Shown one piece after another: positions 1 to 12,301 of a DNA stretch of 64,000 nt (the first letter of the stretch is position 1; the number at the start of each line of letters is the position of its first letter). This DNA comes from Candidatus Dechloromonas phosphorivorans. GTDB lineage: Bacteria > Pseudomonadota > Gammaproteobacteria > Burkholderiales > Rhodocyclaceae. The notes under the pieces are model-generated. The model was given only the letters and a program-made list of their open reading frames with translations, was not told where the DNA came from and did no database searches. The stretch lies in assembly GCA_016709495.1 (NCBI GenBank), contig JADJMS010000015.1, positions 11,981 through 75,980 on the forward strand. Direction: 5' to 3'. A program made the translations under genes and the position numbers.

Positions 1-470
1 TGGAGCGGATGGCTTCCGAACCGCCGCGCAGGATGGCGGCGTTGCCGGATTTCAGACACAGTGCGGCGGCATCGGCGGTCACATTGGGCCGTGCTTCGTA
101 AATGATGCCGACGACGCCGAGCGGCACGCGCATTTTGCCAACCTGGATGCCGGACGGTTGAAACTTGAATTCGCCCATTTCACCAATCGGATCGGGCAGG
201 GTGGCGACTTGTTCGACGCCTTCGGCCATGCTGTCCACGCCTTTTTCGGAAAGGGTCAAGCGGTCGATCATGGCCGGCTCAAGACCGGCAACGCGGGCGG
301 CGGCCAGATCTTCCTGGTTGGCGCTGACGAGCGCGGCTTTTTCGCGGCGGATGGCGGCGGCAATGGCGAGCAGGGCGGCGTTCTTTTCAGCGGTCGAGGC
401 GGTGGCCAAACGGCGCGAGGCGGCACGCGCCTGACGCCCGACGGTCTGCATGTAGTCTTTGATGTCCATG
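1..470 (-). CDS. proA: Gamma-glutamyl phosphate reductase, N-terminal part (continues beyond the window edge)
   Basis: My own minus-strand translation from the ATG at 470 gives [22 protein letters not shown]...[36 protein letters not shown]. That is the ProA signature. The gene is absent from the ORF track because it is truncated at position 1. Confidence 0.85.
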
Positions 471-581
471 ATTTTCAGTGGCGGGGCAAAAGATCATTAT
501 AGCCAGCTAAATTACTGGGAACTTCCGGAAGCGGGTAAACTCTTATCCGCTACGATAGCAGGGCTTTACATCGGGGACGAA

Positions 582-818
582 ATGGCTGAAAAATTGATAT
601 TGCCGACCGAGATCAAGGTCTGTGCAACATGTAGTTACTGGGATGGCGAGCGCCAGGTTGATGGCGAAATGAAGGTGGTCGTGGTGGCTGATGATTGCTC
701 GGGCGTATGTCTGGTGCAGGAAACGCAAAAGCACGCACTACAGGATGTGCGCAAGGAATGTTCGTGTATTTGGGAAGATCTGGAGCCGGACGAAGCGGCG
801 GAAGAGCCTAAACCCTGA
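582..818 (+). CDS. Small cysteine-rich hypothetical protein (78 aa)
   Basis: Internal ATG of ORF 459..818. Product is MAEKLILPTEIKVCATCSYWDG...CSGVCLV...CSCIWEDLE with 6 Cys. It is divergent from proA and convergent with holA. I recognise no family. Confidence 0.45.
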   Translation: MAEKLILPTEIKVCATCSYWDGERQVDGEMKVVVVADDCSGVCLVQETQKHALQDVRKECSCIWEDLEPDEAAEEPKP

Positions 819-1828
819 TTATTTCCTGGTACACAGGTGCAAACCGAGGCGCAGGAACTCTTCCCAAATGTTTCCACGACCGATGCCCTTTGGCTAGCAG
901 GTCGATTTTTCCCGCATGTTGCAGCGCCGTTTCAAGTGTTACGGTCGACAGCCGTTGCAAGGGCTTTTTTTATCGGCGTTGCGCGTGGCCCCCAAACCTT
1001 GGCATCCTTGAGCAGCGCGTCGATCGGTTTGCCGGCATCCAGGCCATTACGGATCACGGCCAGCGCCCTGATTTCCTCACTCATGGCCCAAAGCACCAAG
1101 GGGGGCGCCTCGCCTTCATGCATCAAACCATTCAGCGTGCGTGACAGGCGTGCCACGTCGCCAGCCAGCAGCGCCTCGCGCAAACCTTCAATGTCATAAC
1201 GCGCAACGTTCAGTACCGCCTCACGAACCTGTGTCGTGCTGAGTTCGCCGGGCGGGTAAAGCAGGCCAAGTTTCTGGATTTCCTGATGCGCGGCGAGCAA
1301 ATTGCCCTCAACGCGTTCAGCAATGAATTTCAGGCTTTCCTGATCGGCGCTTTGTTTCTGGCGGCGCAGGCGACCGGCGATCCAGATCGGTAAATCGGCC
1401 AGCGCCGGCGCCATCAGCTTGATGGCGACGCCGGCATTGACCAGCGCGGTGAACCAGACCGCCTTTTCCTCGCGCCAGTCGAGTTCGGGCAAGGTGATCA
1501 GCAGCAGGTTGTCCATCGACAGGTTCTGGCACCACTGCTGCAATGCGGCGCTGCCTTCCTTGCCCACCTTGCCGGTGGGAACGCGCAAATCGATCATTTT
1601 TTTATCGCCGAATAGCGACATGTTGCCGCCGGCAGCCAGCAATTGGCCCCAGTCGAATTGCGGCAGAACCGTCATCACCTCGCGCTCGCTGTAACCCTGC
1701 TGGCGAGCCTTGACGCGAATTGTGTCGGCAGCTTCGATGACCAGCAGCGGCTCGTCGCCGTAGAGCACGTAGAGCGGGCGCAAGTCACGTTCGAGGTGGG
1801 CGGCGAGTTGTTCGCCCTTGAGCAACAT
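819..1828 (-). CDS. holA: DNA polymerase III delta subunit, with a 1-nt frameshift near the 3' end (~935)
   Basis: ORF 932..1828 (MLLKGEQLAAHLERDLRPLYVLYGDEPLL...) is HolA-like. The C-terminus continues in another frame (ETALQHAGKIDLLAKGIGRGNIWEEFLRLGLHL) to the TAA at 819-821. The start overlaps the lptE stop (TAATG). Confidence 0.85.
937..949 (+). repeat. Over-represented oligomer, GTCGAC variant: TGTTACGGTCGAC
   Basis: Lies at the 3' end of holA. The minus strand encodes AVDRNT. Confidence 0.6.
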
Positions 1829-2364
1829 TACTCGGCTTCTTCGAGGTCGGGATTTTTCGGTTTGATGATGCTCAGGCGGCGCATGATCTGGTTGACCAGA
1901 TCATTGTTCATGTCGCGCCAGAGCAGGCCTTCTTCAAGATCCTTGGCGAGAATGTTTGAGTCATCAAAGCTAATGTCCCGCGACAGGTTGATTTCGTTCG
2001 GCGGCACCAGCACCAGCCCCTTGGCGTTAACCATGCGGAAGGTGTAATTGAGTTGCAAGCGATATTCGCGCACCCGGCCTTGGGCATTAACGCTGAGAAT
2101 GGTCTTCTGGCGGCTATCCGCCAATTGCTGGAAGGTGGCATCGGCCATTTTGGGGTCGTCGACCAGTTCGCTGCTGCCGGCTGCATTGATATAACGTTCG
2201 AGCCAGATACGCACGTCAGCGGTTTCCGGCAGCGCGATATGCATTGTCTTGTAAGGCAGGTTGCCACTTTTCGTTCCGCGCAACTGAAAGCCGCAGCCGG
2301 CCAGGGCTAGCGCAGGAAGAACAGCGAGCAGACGGCGGCGGGAAAGGGGCGCGGTGAGTGGCAT
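1828..2364 (-). CDS. lptE: LPS-assembly lipoprotein LptE (RlpB)
   Basis: Lipobox LALAGCGF, about 178 aa, in the conserved leuS-lptE-holA position. Confidence 0.85.
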   Translation of the reverse strand: MPLTAPLSRRRLLAVLPALALAGCGFQLRGTKSGNLPYKTMHIALPETADVRIWLERYINAAGSSELVDDPKMADATFQQLADSRQKTILSVNAQGRVREYRLQLNYTFRMVNAKGLVLVPPNEINLSRDISFDDSNILAKDLEEGLLWRDMNNDLVNQIMRRLSIIKPKNPDLEEAE

Positions 2365-2372
2365 GCTGAGCC

Positions 2373-4993
<2,621 letters not shown>

Positions 4994-5049
4994 TCAAAAA
5001 TCTTGAAGTAAGCCCGGAATTATACCGGTTGAACCTGTTTGGAGAGGCG

Positions 5050-5925
5050 ATGGGGGCGATGCTAAGAAGTAGCTTGGTGATTTTTGGACTGTTTTCGGCG
5101 TGGACCGCATCTGCCGCACCGAATGCGGTAGTTGATGCATTGCAGGCGCCGGCTTGGCTCGAACGCGGCGAGCGGCGTTTACCGCTGGTGCCCGGAATGG
5201 TGCTCGAAAACCGGGATCGCGTGCTGACCGGTAATGGGGCGCGCGCCATTATTCAACTGGCCGATGGCAGTGCCGTCAAACTTGGCGAAAACGTCAATGT
5301 TGCGGTTAACGCCATGAAACAGGAAAAAAATGGCTCATTTGCCGCCGCGCTCGATGTGGTCAAAGGTGCGTTTCGCCTGACGACCGATATTTTTCGCAAA
5401 TATCAAACCCAGCGTGCGATCAATGTGCGCACCGGTACGGTGACGATTGGTATTCGCGGTACCGATCTTTGGGGTCGTTCTGATCACGAACGTGATTTCG
5501 TCTGCTTGCTGGAAGGCAGGATTGCGGTTAGCCACCCGATGGGCGAGCCGACCGAGTTGAACGAACCTTTGCAGTTTTATGGTGCCAACAAAGGCCAGGC
5601 ACCGGGGCCGGTTGCCTTGGTGGACAAAGAGCAGCTGGCCAAGTGGGCGCTGGAAACCGAATTGCAAAATGGAGCCGGCGTGCAGCAGCAAGGTGGTCGC
5701 TGGGGCTTGCGTTTCGGGCAATACGACAAGGAAGAAACGCTGGCCTTGTACGACAAGCTAAATGCCTCTGGTTACGCAGCCAAGATCAAGCCGCTCCGCG
5801 TGGCGGGCGGCTACTCTTACGAAGTGCGCCTGGGACTACTGGTGACCGAACGCGAGGCGCGTGCGCTAGCCGACAAGTTAACGCGGGACCTGCATGTACC
5901 CGCGCCGAACCTTAGTCGGCTTTAG
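5050..5925 (+). CDS. FecR-domain protein with a C-terminal SPOR (peptidoglycan-binding) domain
   Basis: Internal ATG gives signal peptide MGAMLRSSLVIFGLFSAWTASA. There is a FecR-like core, and the C-terminus WGLRFGQYDKEETLALYDKLNASGYAAKIKPLRVAGGYSYEVRLG is SPOR-like. Confidence 0.6.
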   Translation: MGAMLRSSLVIFGLFSAWTASAAPNAVVDALQAPAWLERGERRLPLVPGMVLENRDRVLTGNGARAIIQLADGSAVKLGENVNVAVNAMKQEKNGSFAAALDVVKGAFRLTTDIFRKYQTQRAINVRTGTVTIGIRGTDLWGRSDHERDFVCLLEGRIAVSHPMGEPTELNEPLQFYGANKGQAPGPVALVDKEQLAKWALETELQNGAGVQQQGGRWGLRFGQYDKEETLALYDKLNASGYAAKIKPLRVAGGYSYEVRLGLLVTEREARALADKLTRDLHVPAPNLSRL

Positions 5926-5935
5926 CGTCGCCCGG

Positions 5936-6277
5936 TCACGCCGCTTTTTTTAGCGGGTTGAGGTTTTCCCAGTTGCTTTGCCAGAGCCGGTAAGTGCTTT
6001 GCGCTGCGATCATCGAGAGCAGCGACATCCGGGTCTGGTGCTGCCACATCCATGACAGGCGAGGTGCTTGCGTCAGGCCGTAGCTGGGTGTGCAACCGAC
6101 TTCTTCTTCGACAATGCTCAAAAAACGTTTAACCGCCAGACCCCAATAGTCGGAGCCTTCAGGTTTGCCGGTGATAAGCTCAGCCTCGGAGGCGGCGCGG
6201 CGCCAGAGTTTTAGGGCCAGTTCATCGCTGATACCGGCTTTCCTGGCGATCCAGGGGAGAATTTTAGGTGCTTGCAT
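5936..6277 (-). CDS. Hypothetical protein (113 aa)
   Basis: Internal ATG at 6277 is preceded by AAGGAG. Product begins MQAPKILPWIARKAGISDELALKLWRRAASEAE... I recognise no family. Confidence 0.5.
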   Translation of the reverse strand: MQAPKILPWIARKAGISDELALKLWRRAASEAELITGKPEGSDYWGLAVKRFLSIVEEEVGCTPSYGLTQAPRLSWMWQHQTRMSLLSMIAAQSTYRLWQSNWENLNPLKKAA

Positions 6278-6345
6278 GCTGTTACTCCTTATTACTCTGT
6301 GGGGGTATCCACTTGCTGTTTTGATTGCCTCTTTGGGCAAAAGTT

Positions 6346-6461
6346 TTGTGCGGTGCACAATTTGTTTTGGGAAGTATACTTCCGGCTCAAACGCTATTGT
6401 GTGAAATATTGTGCAATTGAATTGCTGCGTTGCACAATAACAACAGATTGGTCTGACCAAT
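6346..6461. promoter_or_regulatory. Cluster of four perfect palindromes in the divergent promoter region upstream of uvrD
   Basis: TTGTGC-GGT-GCACAA (6346-6360). GGAAGTATACTTCC (6370-6383). TATTGTGCAA-N13-TTGCACAATA (6407-6439). ATTGGTC-T-GACCAAT (6447-6461). Confidence 0.5.
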
Positions 6462-6516
6462 TTCCGCTTCTGCTATTTTTGGGGCGGTATTTTATATCTT
6501 TAGTCGTATTTTTTGA

Positions 6517-8673
6517 ATGCCTATGACTGATTTGCTTGCCAATTTGAACGCACCACAACTGCAGGCTGTGACCTTGCCGCCGGTCCATGGGCTGATCCTG
6601 GCCGGTGCCGGCAGTGGAAAAACGCGGGTGTTGACGACGCGTATTGCCTGGCTGATGGCGACCGGGCAGGTCGGGCCGCATGGCATTCTGGCCGTGACTT
6701 TCACCAACAAGGCAGCAAAGGAAATGACGGCACGGTTGGCGGCGCTGGTGCCGATCAATACGCGTGGCATGTGGATAGGTACTTTCCACGGCCTATGCAA
6801 CCGCCTGTTGCGCGCGCATTACCGCGAAGCCGGGCTGCCGCAGACTTTTCAGATTCTCGATTCGGCGGACCAGCTGGCTATGGTCAAGCGCCTGCTGAAG
6901 AATCTCAATGTGGATGACGAAAAATACCCACCGCGTGAACTCTGCCACTTCATCAATGCGCACAAGGAACAAGGAGTCCGTGCCGGACAGGCTGAGGCTT
7001 ACGACAATTACACGCAAAAACGCGTCGAGCTGTATGCCGAGTACGAGGCGCAGTGCAATCGTGAAGGGGTGGTCGATTTTGCTGAACTACTCTTGCGCTG
7101 CTACGAATTGCTGCAGCGCAATGAACCGATCCGCAAACATTACCAAGCGCGCTTCCGCTACATTCTGGTTGATGAAGTACAGGATACGAACAAGCTGCAA
7201 TACGCCTGGTTGCAACTGATTGCTGCCGATGGCGCAAAGATTTTCGCGGTGGGCGATGACGATCAGAGTATTTATGCCTTCCGGGGGGCTGAAGTGGGCA
7301 ATATGCGCGATTTTGAGCGAGATTTTGCCGGCCCCAACGTGATCCGTCTGGAGCAGAACTACCGTTCTCAGGGCAATATTCTGGCGGCGGCCAATGCCTT
7401 GATCAAAAATAACCGTTCGCGGCTTGGCAAAAATCTGTGGACCGATGCCGGTGATGGCGAACCGATCCGCGCTTTCGAAGGCTATTCCGATATCGACGAA
7501 GCGCGCTTCATCGTCGAGGAAATCCGCGAACTGGTGCGTGAAGGGGTTTCGCCAACGCAGATTGCGATTCTTTATCGCTCGAATGCCCAGTCGCGCATTC
7601 TGGAACACGAACTGTTCGCCAAGGCAGTGCCCTACAAGGTTTATGGCGGTTTGCGCTTCTTCGAGCGTCAGGAAATCAAGCATGCGCTGGCTTATTTGCG
7701 TCTTTTGGGTAATCCGGACGACGATACCGCTTTCCTGCGCGTGGTGAATTTCCCGACCCGGGGCATTGGTGCGCGCTCGCTGGAAAGCTTGCAGGCGACA
7801 GCACATCAAACAAATTGCAGTCTTTACAACGCCGCCGCTTCATTGAGTGGCAAGGCGGGCGTGACGGTGGGTGGTTTTATCCGCCTGATCGAAACCTTGC
7901 GTCAGGAAACGGCGAATTTGCCCCTGCCGGAAATCGTTGAGCACATTGTCGAAAAATCAGGGCTGGCCCAGCATTACCGGATGGACAAGGACGGCCAGGA
8001 GCGGCTGGAGAATCTTGACGAACTGATCAATGCAGCCGCCAGCTTTGTTGACGATGACGGCGTGGTGATGGGCCATCAGGCCGAAGGCGGCGCGCTGGTT
8101 TCCTTCCTGACCCACGCCTCGCTGGAAGCGGGTGAACATCAGGCCGGCGAGGGGCAGGAAGCGGTGCAATTGATGACGGTCCACTCGGCAAAAGGCCTGG
8201 AATTTGATGTGGTGTTCATCAGTGGTCTCGAGCAGGGGCTTTTCCCACACGAAAACTCGGTGGCGCAAGGCCAGGAGGGGCTGGAGGAGGAGCGTCGGCT
8301 GATGTACGTGGCCGTGACCCGGGCCCGCCAGCGCCTTTATGTCTCCTGCGCGCAAACCCGCATGCTGCATGGCCAGACGCGTTACTGCATGCCGTCGAAT
8401 TTCCTCGACGAAATTCCCGAAAATCTGCTGCTCAAACTGAACAAGAAGTCGGCTCCCGCGCCAACTGCCACCCCTGCGTTTGGTGGCGGCTATTCAGCCG
8501 AGCCGGTGGCTGGCGGTTTGCGCATCGGACAAAGTGTTGAACATGCGAAATTTGGTCTCGGCGTCATCGTATCGACCGAAGGGCGCGGCGCCGATGCGCG
8601 CGTGCAGGTCAATTTCGGTGGCAGCGGCATGAAGTGGCTGGCGCTGGAATACGCCAAGCTGACGCCGGTTTAG
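6517..8673 (+). CDS. uvrD: ATP-dependent DNA helicase II (UvrD)
   Basis: 718 aa with Walker A AGAGSGKT and UvrD/Rep motifs (TFTNKAAKEM, DEVQDT, VGDDDQSIYAFRGA, TVHSAKGLEF). Confidence 0.92.
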   Translation: MPMTDLLANLNAPQLQAVTLPPVHGLILAGAGSGKTRVLTTRIAWLMATGQVGPHGILAVTFTNKAAKEMTARLAALVPINTRGMWIGTFHGLCNRLLRAHYREAGLPQTFQILDSADQLAMVKRLLKNLNVDDEKYPPRELCHFINAHKEQGVRAGQAEAYDNYTQKRVELYAEYEAQCNREGVVDFAELLLRCYELLQRNEPIRKHYQARFRYILVDEVQDTNKLQYAWLQLIAADGAKIFAVGDDDQSIYAFRGAEVGNMRDFERDFAGPNVIRLEQNYRSQGNILAAANALIKNNRSRLGKNLWTDAGDGEPIRAFEGYSDIDEARFIVEEIRELVREGVSPTQIAILYRSNAQSRILEHELFAKAVPYKVYGGLRFFERQEIKHALAYLRLLGNPDDDTAFLRVVNFPTRGIGARSLESLQATAHQTNCSLYNAAASLSGKAGVTVGGFIRLIETLRQETANLPLPEIVEHIVEKSGLAQHYRMDKDGQERLENLDELINAAASFVDDDGVVMGHQAEGGALVSFLTHASLEAGEHQAGEGQEAVQLMTVHSAKGLEFDVVFISGLEQGLFPHENSVAQGQEGLEEERRLMYVAVTRARQRLYVSCAQTRMLHGQTRYCMPSNFLDEIPENLLLKLNKKSAPAPTATPAFGGGYSAEPVAGGLRIGQSVEHAKFGLGVIVSTEGRGADARVQVNFGGSGMKWLALEYAKLTPV

Positions 8674-9946
8674 GCTTTGTTGGCGGCGATTGAGGCTTGC
8701 AGGAAGTAATGCATCGCCTGCTCGCGCAATTTGGCGTTTAGTTCGTTTTCCCCCGCCTGCCCAATACTGGCATGCATAGCGGGGGCGATTTCCAGAAAGC
8801 GGGTGACCAAACGCGGATCAAAGTGAGTGCCGGCATCTTTTTCGATAATGGCTAGCGCTATCTCCAGCGCCATTGGCTCCTTGTAGGGGCGACGAGAAGT
8901 GAGTGCGTCAAAGACATCGACGATGGCGAATATGCGCGCATTGAGCGGTATTTCTTCACCCTTCAGGCCGCGCAGATAGCCTTTTCCGTCGAACTTTTCA
9001 TGATGCCCTTCAATGACTTCGCGGGCGCCCTGTAGCCAGTCCGAGTCGGCAATGATGTCGACACCGAGTGCGACATGGGTGCGCATGATGGTGAATTCAT
9101 CTTCAGTCAGCTTGCCCGGCTTGAGCAAAATATTGTCGGTAATGCCGATCTTGCCGACATCGTGCAGAAAGGCACCGAGAATCAACTGACGCATGGCATT
9201 CGGTGCCAGTCCAGTCGCTTCACCGAGCTTGATGGCATAAAGCGTGACGCGGAAATTGTGGTCGCCGGTATCCGAATCGCGTTTGGCGATGGCCGCACCA
9301 AGAACTGAGGCGATTTCAAGGTTGCCCTTGAGGAGTTCATTCGAGAAGCGAACGACATCGCGGTTAAGGGAAATAATGACCGGATAAAGCAGCAGGCTGG
9401 TGGCAAGGACGGCAATCAGCACCGCAGCCAGCGTGTGCCAGAGTTGCTTGCTGAATTCTTCCATTACGCTACGGTCGACGACGAAAACACCCTCAAAAAA
9501 TCCGGCGTTGCCGCCCAATTTACTGGGCAGCGGTACAAGAACCTGAACCACGGTGTCTTCGCCGATAAAATATCTTTCGTAGTGGTGGAGTTGTCGAGCG
9601 GAAATTGATGCTTGTATTGTTTCAGTTGATTCTCAATATGCTCGTATTTGGGATTGACTGCTTCAACAATGCGGGTTTTTTCGCGATCATAAATTTCAAT
9701 GACCACGAAATTATTGCGGACAAAAGATTCAGCTTGCGCGCTGAGTTTGGCCAACTCTGCCGGGCTACGTTTGCCGGTATCCAGTCCCTCTGGCGCAAAC
9801 TCGGTGGCTTGCGAGGCAGCCAAGGCGACAATAGCATCGTCGATTTTTTCTGCTTCGATGTAATAAGCGACGCTACCGATCAAAAACGACACAATCAGCC
9901 AAGCGGCAACCAGTCGGCGGAGCACGATGCGGTGGATAGAAATCAT
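8670..9946 (-). CDS. Membrane-anchored HD-GYP-type c-di-GMP phosphodiesterase (frameshift ~9590)
   Basis: ORFs 9464..9946 (N-terminal TM plus periplasmic-like region) and 8670..9551 (HDVGKIGI ... HHEKFDGKGYLRGL) join across one frameshift. Its stop overlaps the uvrD stop. Confidence 0.75.
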
Positions 9947-10004
9947 GAGCTAATGATACGCTCAGGGTTTGACGATAAATTACGAAAAACTTAAGGAGAT
10001 AATC

Positions 10005-10979
10005 ATGACCTACGCCATCCGCATCCATCAAACCGGTGGCCCCGAGGTCTTGTCCTGGGAGTCAGTAGATTTGCCTGCACCGGGCGCTGGCGAGGCGACA
10101 GTTCGCCATGCGGCTGTCGGTCTTAACTTTATCGATACTTACCATCGCACCGGCCTTTATCCGTTGCCGATGCCAAGCGGCATTGGCCTTGAAGGGGCTG
10201 GCGTGGTTGAGGCGATTGGCCCCGGCGTGACGGAAGTGCAGGTCGGTGATCGCGTGGCTTATGCTGGTGGCCCGATAGGCGCTTATGCCGAAGCGCGCAA
10301 TATTCCGGCGCATCGCCTGTTGAAATTGCCCGATGCCATTTCTTTCGATACCGCTGCCGCGATGATGTTGCAGGGCTTGACGGCAGCTTATCTGCTGCGC
10401 AAAACCTATCGTGTGCAGCCGGGTGATGCGGTGCTGATTCATGCGGCGGCGGGTGGTGTTGGTTTGATCGCCTGCCAGTGGGCCAAGGCGCTCGGCGCGA
10501 CGGTGATCGGCACGGTCGGTTCAGCGGCCAAGGGTGAACTGGCCAAGGCACACGGTTGTGACCATGTGATCAATTACAGCACTGAAAACTTCGTCTCACG
10601 CGTACGGGAAATTACCGGCGGCGAAGGCGTGCCGGTGGTTTATGACGGGGTTGGCAAAGACACGTTCATGGGCTCGCTGGACAGCTTGCGGCCGCTCGGC
10701 ATGCTGGTCACTTACGGCAACGCTTCAGGCCCGGTGCCGCCGCTTGATTTGTTGCTGCTCTCGCAGAAAGGCTCGCTTTTTGTAACGCGTCCGACCATCG
10801 TGAGTTACACCGCCAAGCGTGCTGATCTTGAGGCGCTGGGAGCTGAGCTATTCGATGTGGTGGCGTCCGGCAAAGTCAAAATTGAGGTGCATCAGCGTTA
10901 TGCGCTGAAGGATGCAGCGCAGGCGCACAGCGATCTGGAGGCACGCAAGACCACCGGCTCAACTATCCTTATTCCATGA
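10005..10979 (+). CDS. NADPH:quinone oxidoreductase (zeta-crystallin/Qor family, MDR superfamily)
   Basis: ATG at 10005 follows AAGGAG. Product is MTYAIRIHQTGGPEVL...AAAGGVGL... and is typical Qor. Confidence 0.85.
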   Translation: MTYAIRIHQTGGPEVLSWESVDLPAPGAGEATVRHAAVGLNFIDTYHRTGLYPLPMPSGIGLEGAGVVEAIGPGVTEVQVGDRVAYAGGPIGAYAEARNIPAHRLLKLPDAISFDTAAAMMLQGLTAAYLLRKTYRVQPGDAVLIHAAAGGVGLIACQWAKALGATVIGTVGSAAKGELAKAHGCDHVINYSTENFVSRVREITGGEGVPVVYDGVGKDTFMGSLDSLRPLGMLVTYGNASGPVPPLDLLLLSQKGSLFVTRPTIVSYTAKRADLEALGAELFDVVASGKVKIEVHQRYALKDAAQAHSDLEARKTTGSTILIP

Positions 10980-12301
10980 TGGCGAAAATCAAGGCGGGAC
11001 TGCTCTCCCTGCGCGATCTGTTTGCAACTGCGTGGTGGATTATTTTGATCGTCGGCATCGGCTTCGTGATCGCATATCAATTTGTCCAGCCGGCGCCCCC
11101 CAAGAAGATCACCATCTCTACCGGTGGTGATTCCGGGGCTTATTATCAGTTTGCCAAGCGTTACGCGACGATTTTGGAGCGCAATGGCGTAACGCTGGAA
11201 GTCAAGACCTCGGCTGGTTCGCTGGAGAATATCGAGCGCTTGAAAAACGGCGAAGCGGATATTGGTTTCGTTCAAGGGGGCGTGATTGAACCAAAAGCGG
11301 ATCAGGATGAGGCGGACGATTTAGGTCTGCTTTCCCTCGGCAGCATGTTTTATGAGCCAGTCTGGGTGTTCTATCGTGGTGACAAAGCGCTGGAGCGTTT
11401 AACCGATTTGCATGGCAAGCGGATTGCCATCGGCCAGGAAGGCTCTGGTGTACGCCAGTTAGCGCAGCAATTACTCAAGGCCAATGAAATTCCTGCTGGT
11501 GAAAACCTGCTCTCGCTCTCTGGTTTGAAAGCGGCAGAGGAGCTCCAGCAGGGGCGAATTGACGCGGCGTTTATCATTTCGGCTGAAAAAGCGCCGGTGA
11601 TTCAGGTCTTGCTGCGCTCGCCGGGGATTAAAGTCATGAGTTTTGCTCAGGCTGGTGCTTACCAGCGGCGTTTTCCTTTCCTGACCAAGCTTACTTTTCC
11701 GCATGGTGTTGCCGATCTGGTCCGTGATTTCCCGCCAGAGGATGTCAAACTGCTGGCGCCAACCGCCAACCTGATCGTCCGTGATGACTTGCATCCGGCC
11801 TTGCAGAGCCTGCTCCTGCAGGCCGCCAGCGAAGTGCATGGGCAATCCGGATTTTTCCAGGATGTCGGTGAGTTTCCTTCCTACAAGGACCGCATGGTGC
11901 CCTTGTCGCCCGAAGCGGGTCGTTATTTCAAATCCGGCGCACCTTTCCTGCAGCGCTATCTGCCGTTCTGGCTGGCGGTGCTGATTGATCGCCTGATTGT
12001 GCTGTTGATCCCCGTCGTTGCCTTGCTGATTCCGCTGCTCAAGGTCGCACCAGCGATTTACAACTGGCGCGTACGCTCCAAGGTGTTTCGCTGTTATGGC
12101 GAGTTGAAATTCCTCGAGGATGATCTCAGTCATCATTTCGACCCGGCCAAGCTGGCCGATTATCGCAACCGGCTCGATACGCTCGAAGAGGAAGCGGTCC
12201 GGCTCAGCGTGCCGCTCGCCTTCACTGATCTGGTTTATACCCTGCGCGAACACGTCAATCTCGTGCGTCGCATTCTTGATAAGAAAGAGTCTCAGGCATG
12301 A
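10976..12301 (+). CDS. TAXI-family TRAP-type solute-binding protein with N- and C-terminal membrane anchors
   Basis: ITISTGGDSGAYYQFAKRYATILERNGVTLEVKTSAGSLENIERLKNGEADIGFVQGG is TAXI/COG2358-like. There are predicted TM stretches at both ends. ATGA overlap with the upstream qor-like gene. Confidence 0.7.
   Translation: MMAKIKAGLLSLRDLFATAWWIILIVGIGFVIAYQFVQPAPPKKITISTGGDSGAYYQFAKRYATILERNGVTLEVKTSAGSLENIERLKNGEADIGFVQGGVIEPKADQDEADDLGLLSLGSMFYEPVWVFYRGDKALERLTDLHGKRIAIGQEGSGVRQLAQQLLKANEIPAGENLLSLSGLKAAEELQQGRIDAAFIISAEKAPVIQVLLRSPGIKVMSFAQAGAYQRRFPFLTKLTFPHGVADLVRDFPPEDVKLLAPTANLIVRDDLHPALQSLLLQAASEVHGQSGFFQDVGEFPSYKDRMVPLSPEAGRYFKSGAPFLQRYLPFWLAVLIDRLIVLLIPVVALLIPLLKVAPAIYNWRVRSKVFRCYGELKFLEDDLSHHFDPAKLADYRNRLDTLEEEAVRLSVPLAFTDLVYTLREHVNLVRRILDKKESQA

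Noticed and set aside
9469-9479. CTACGGTCGAC in the first HD-GYP gene, and the related palindromic CTACGGTCGACCGTTA at 15455-15470 in the second HD-GYP gene
   Set aside because: They share only the ACGGTCGAC core, differ at the flanks, and may simply reflect a V-D-R coding preference. I kept them out of the motif count.
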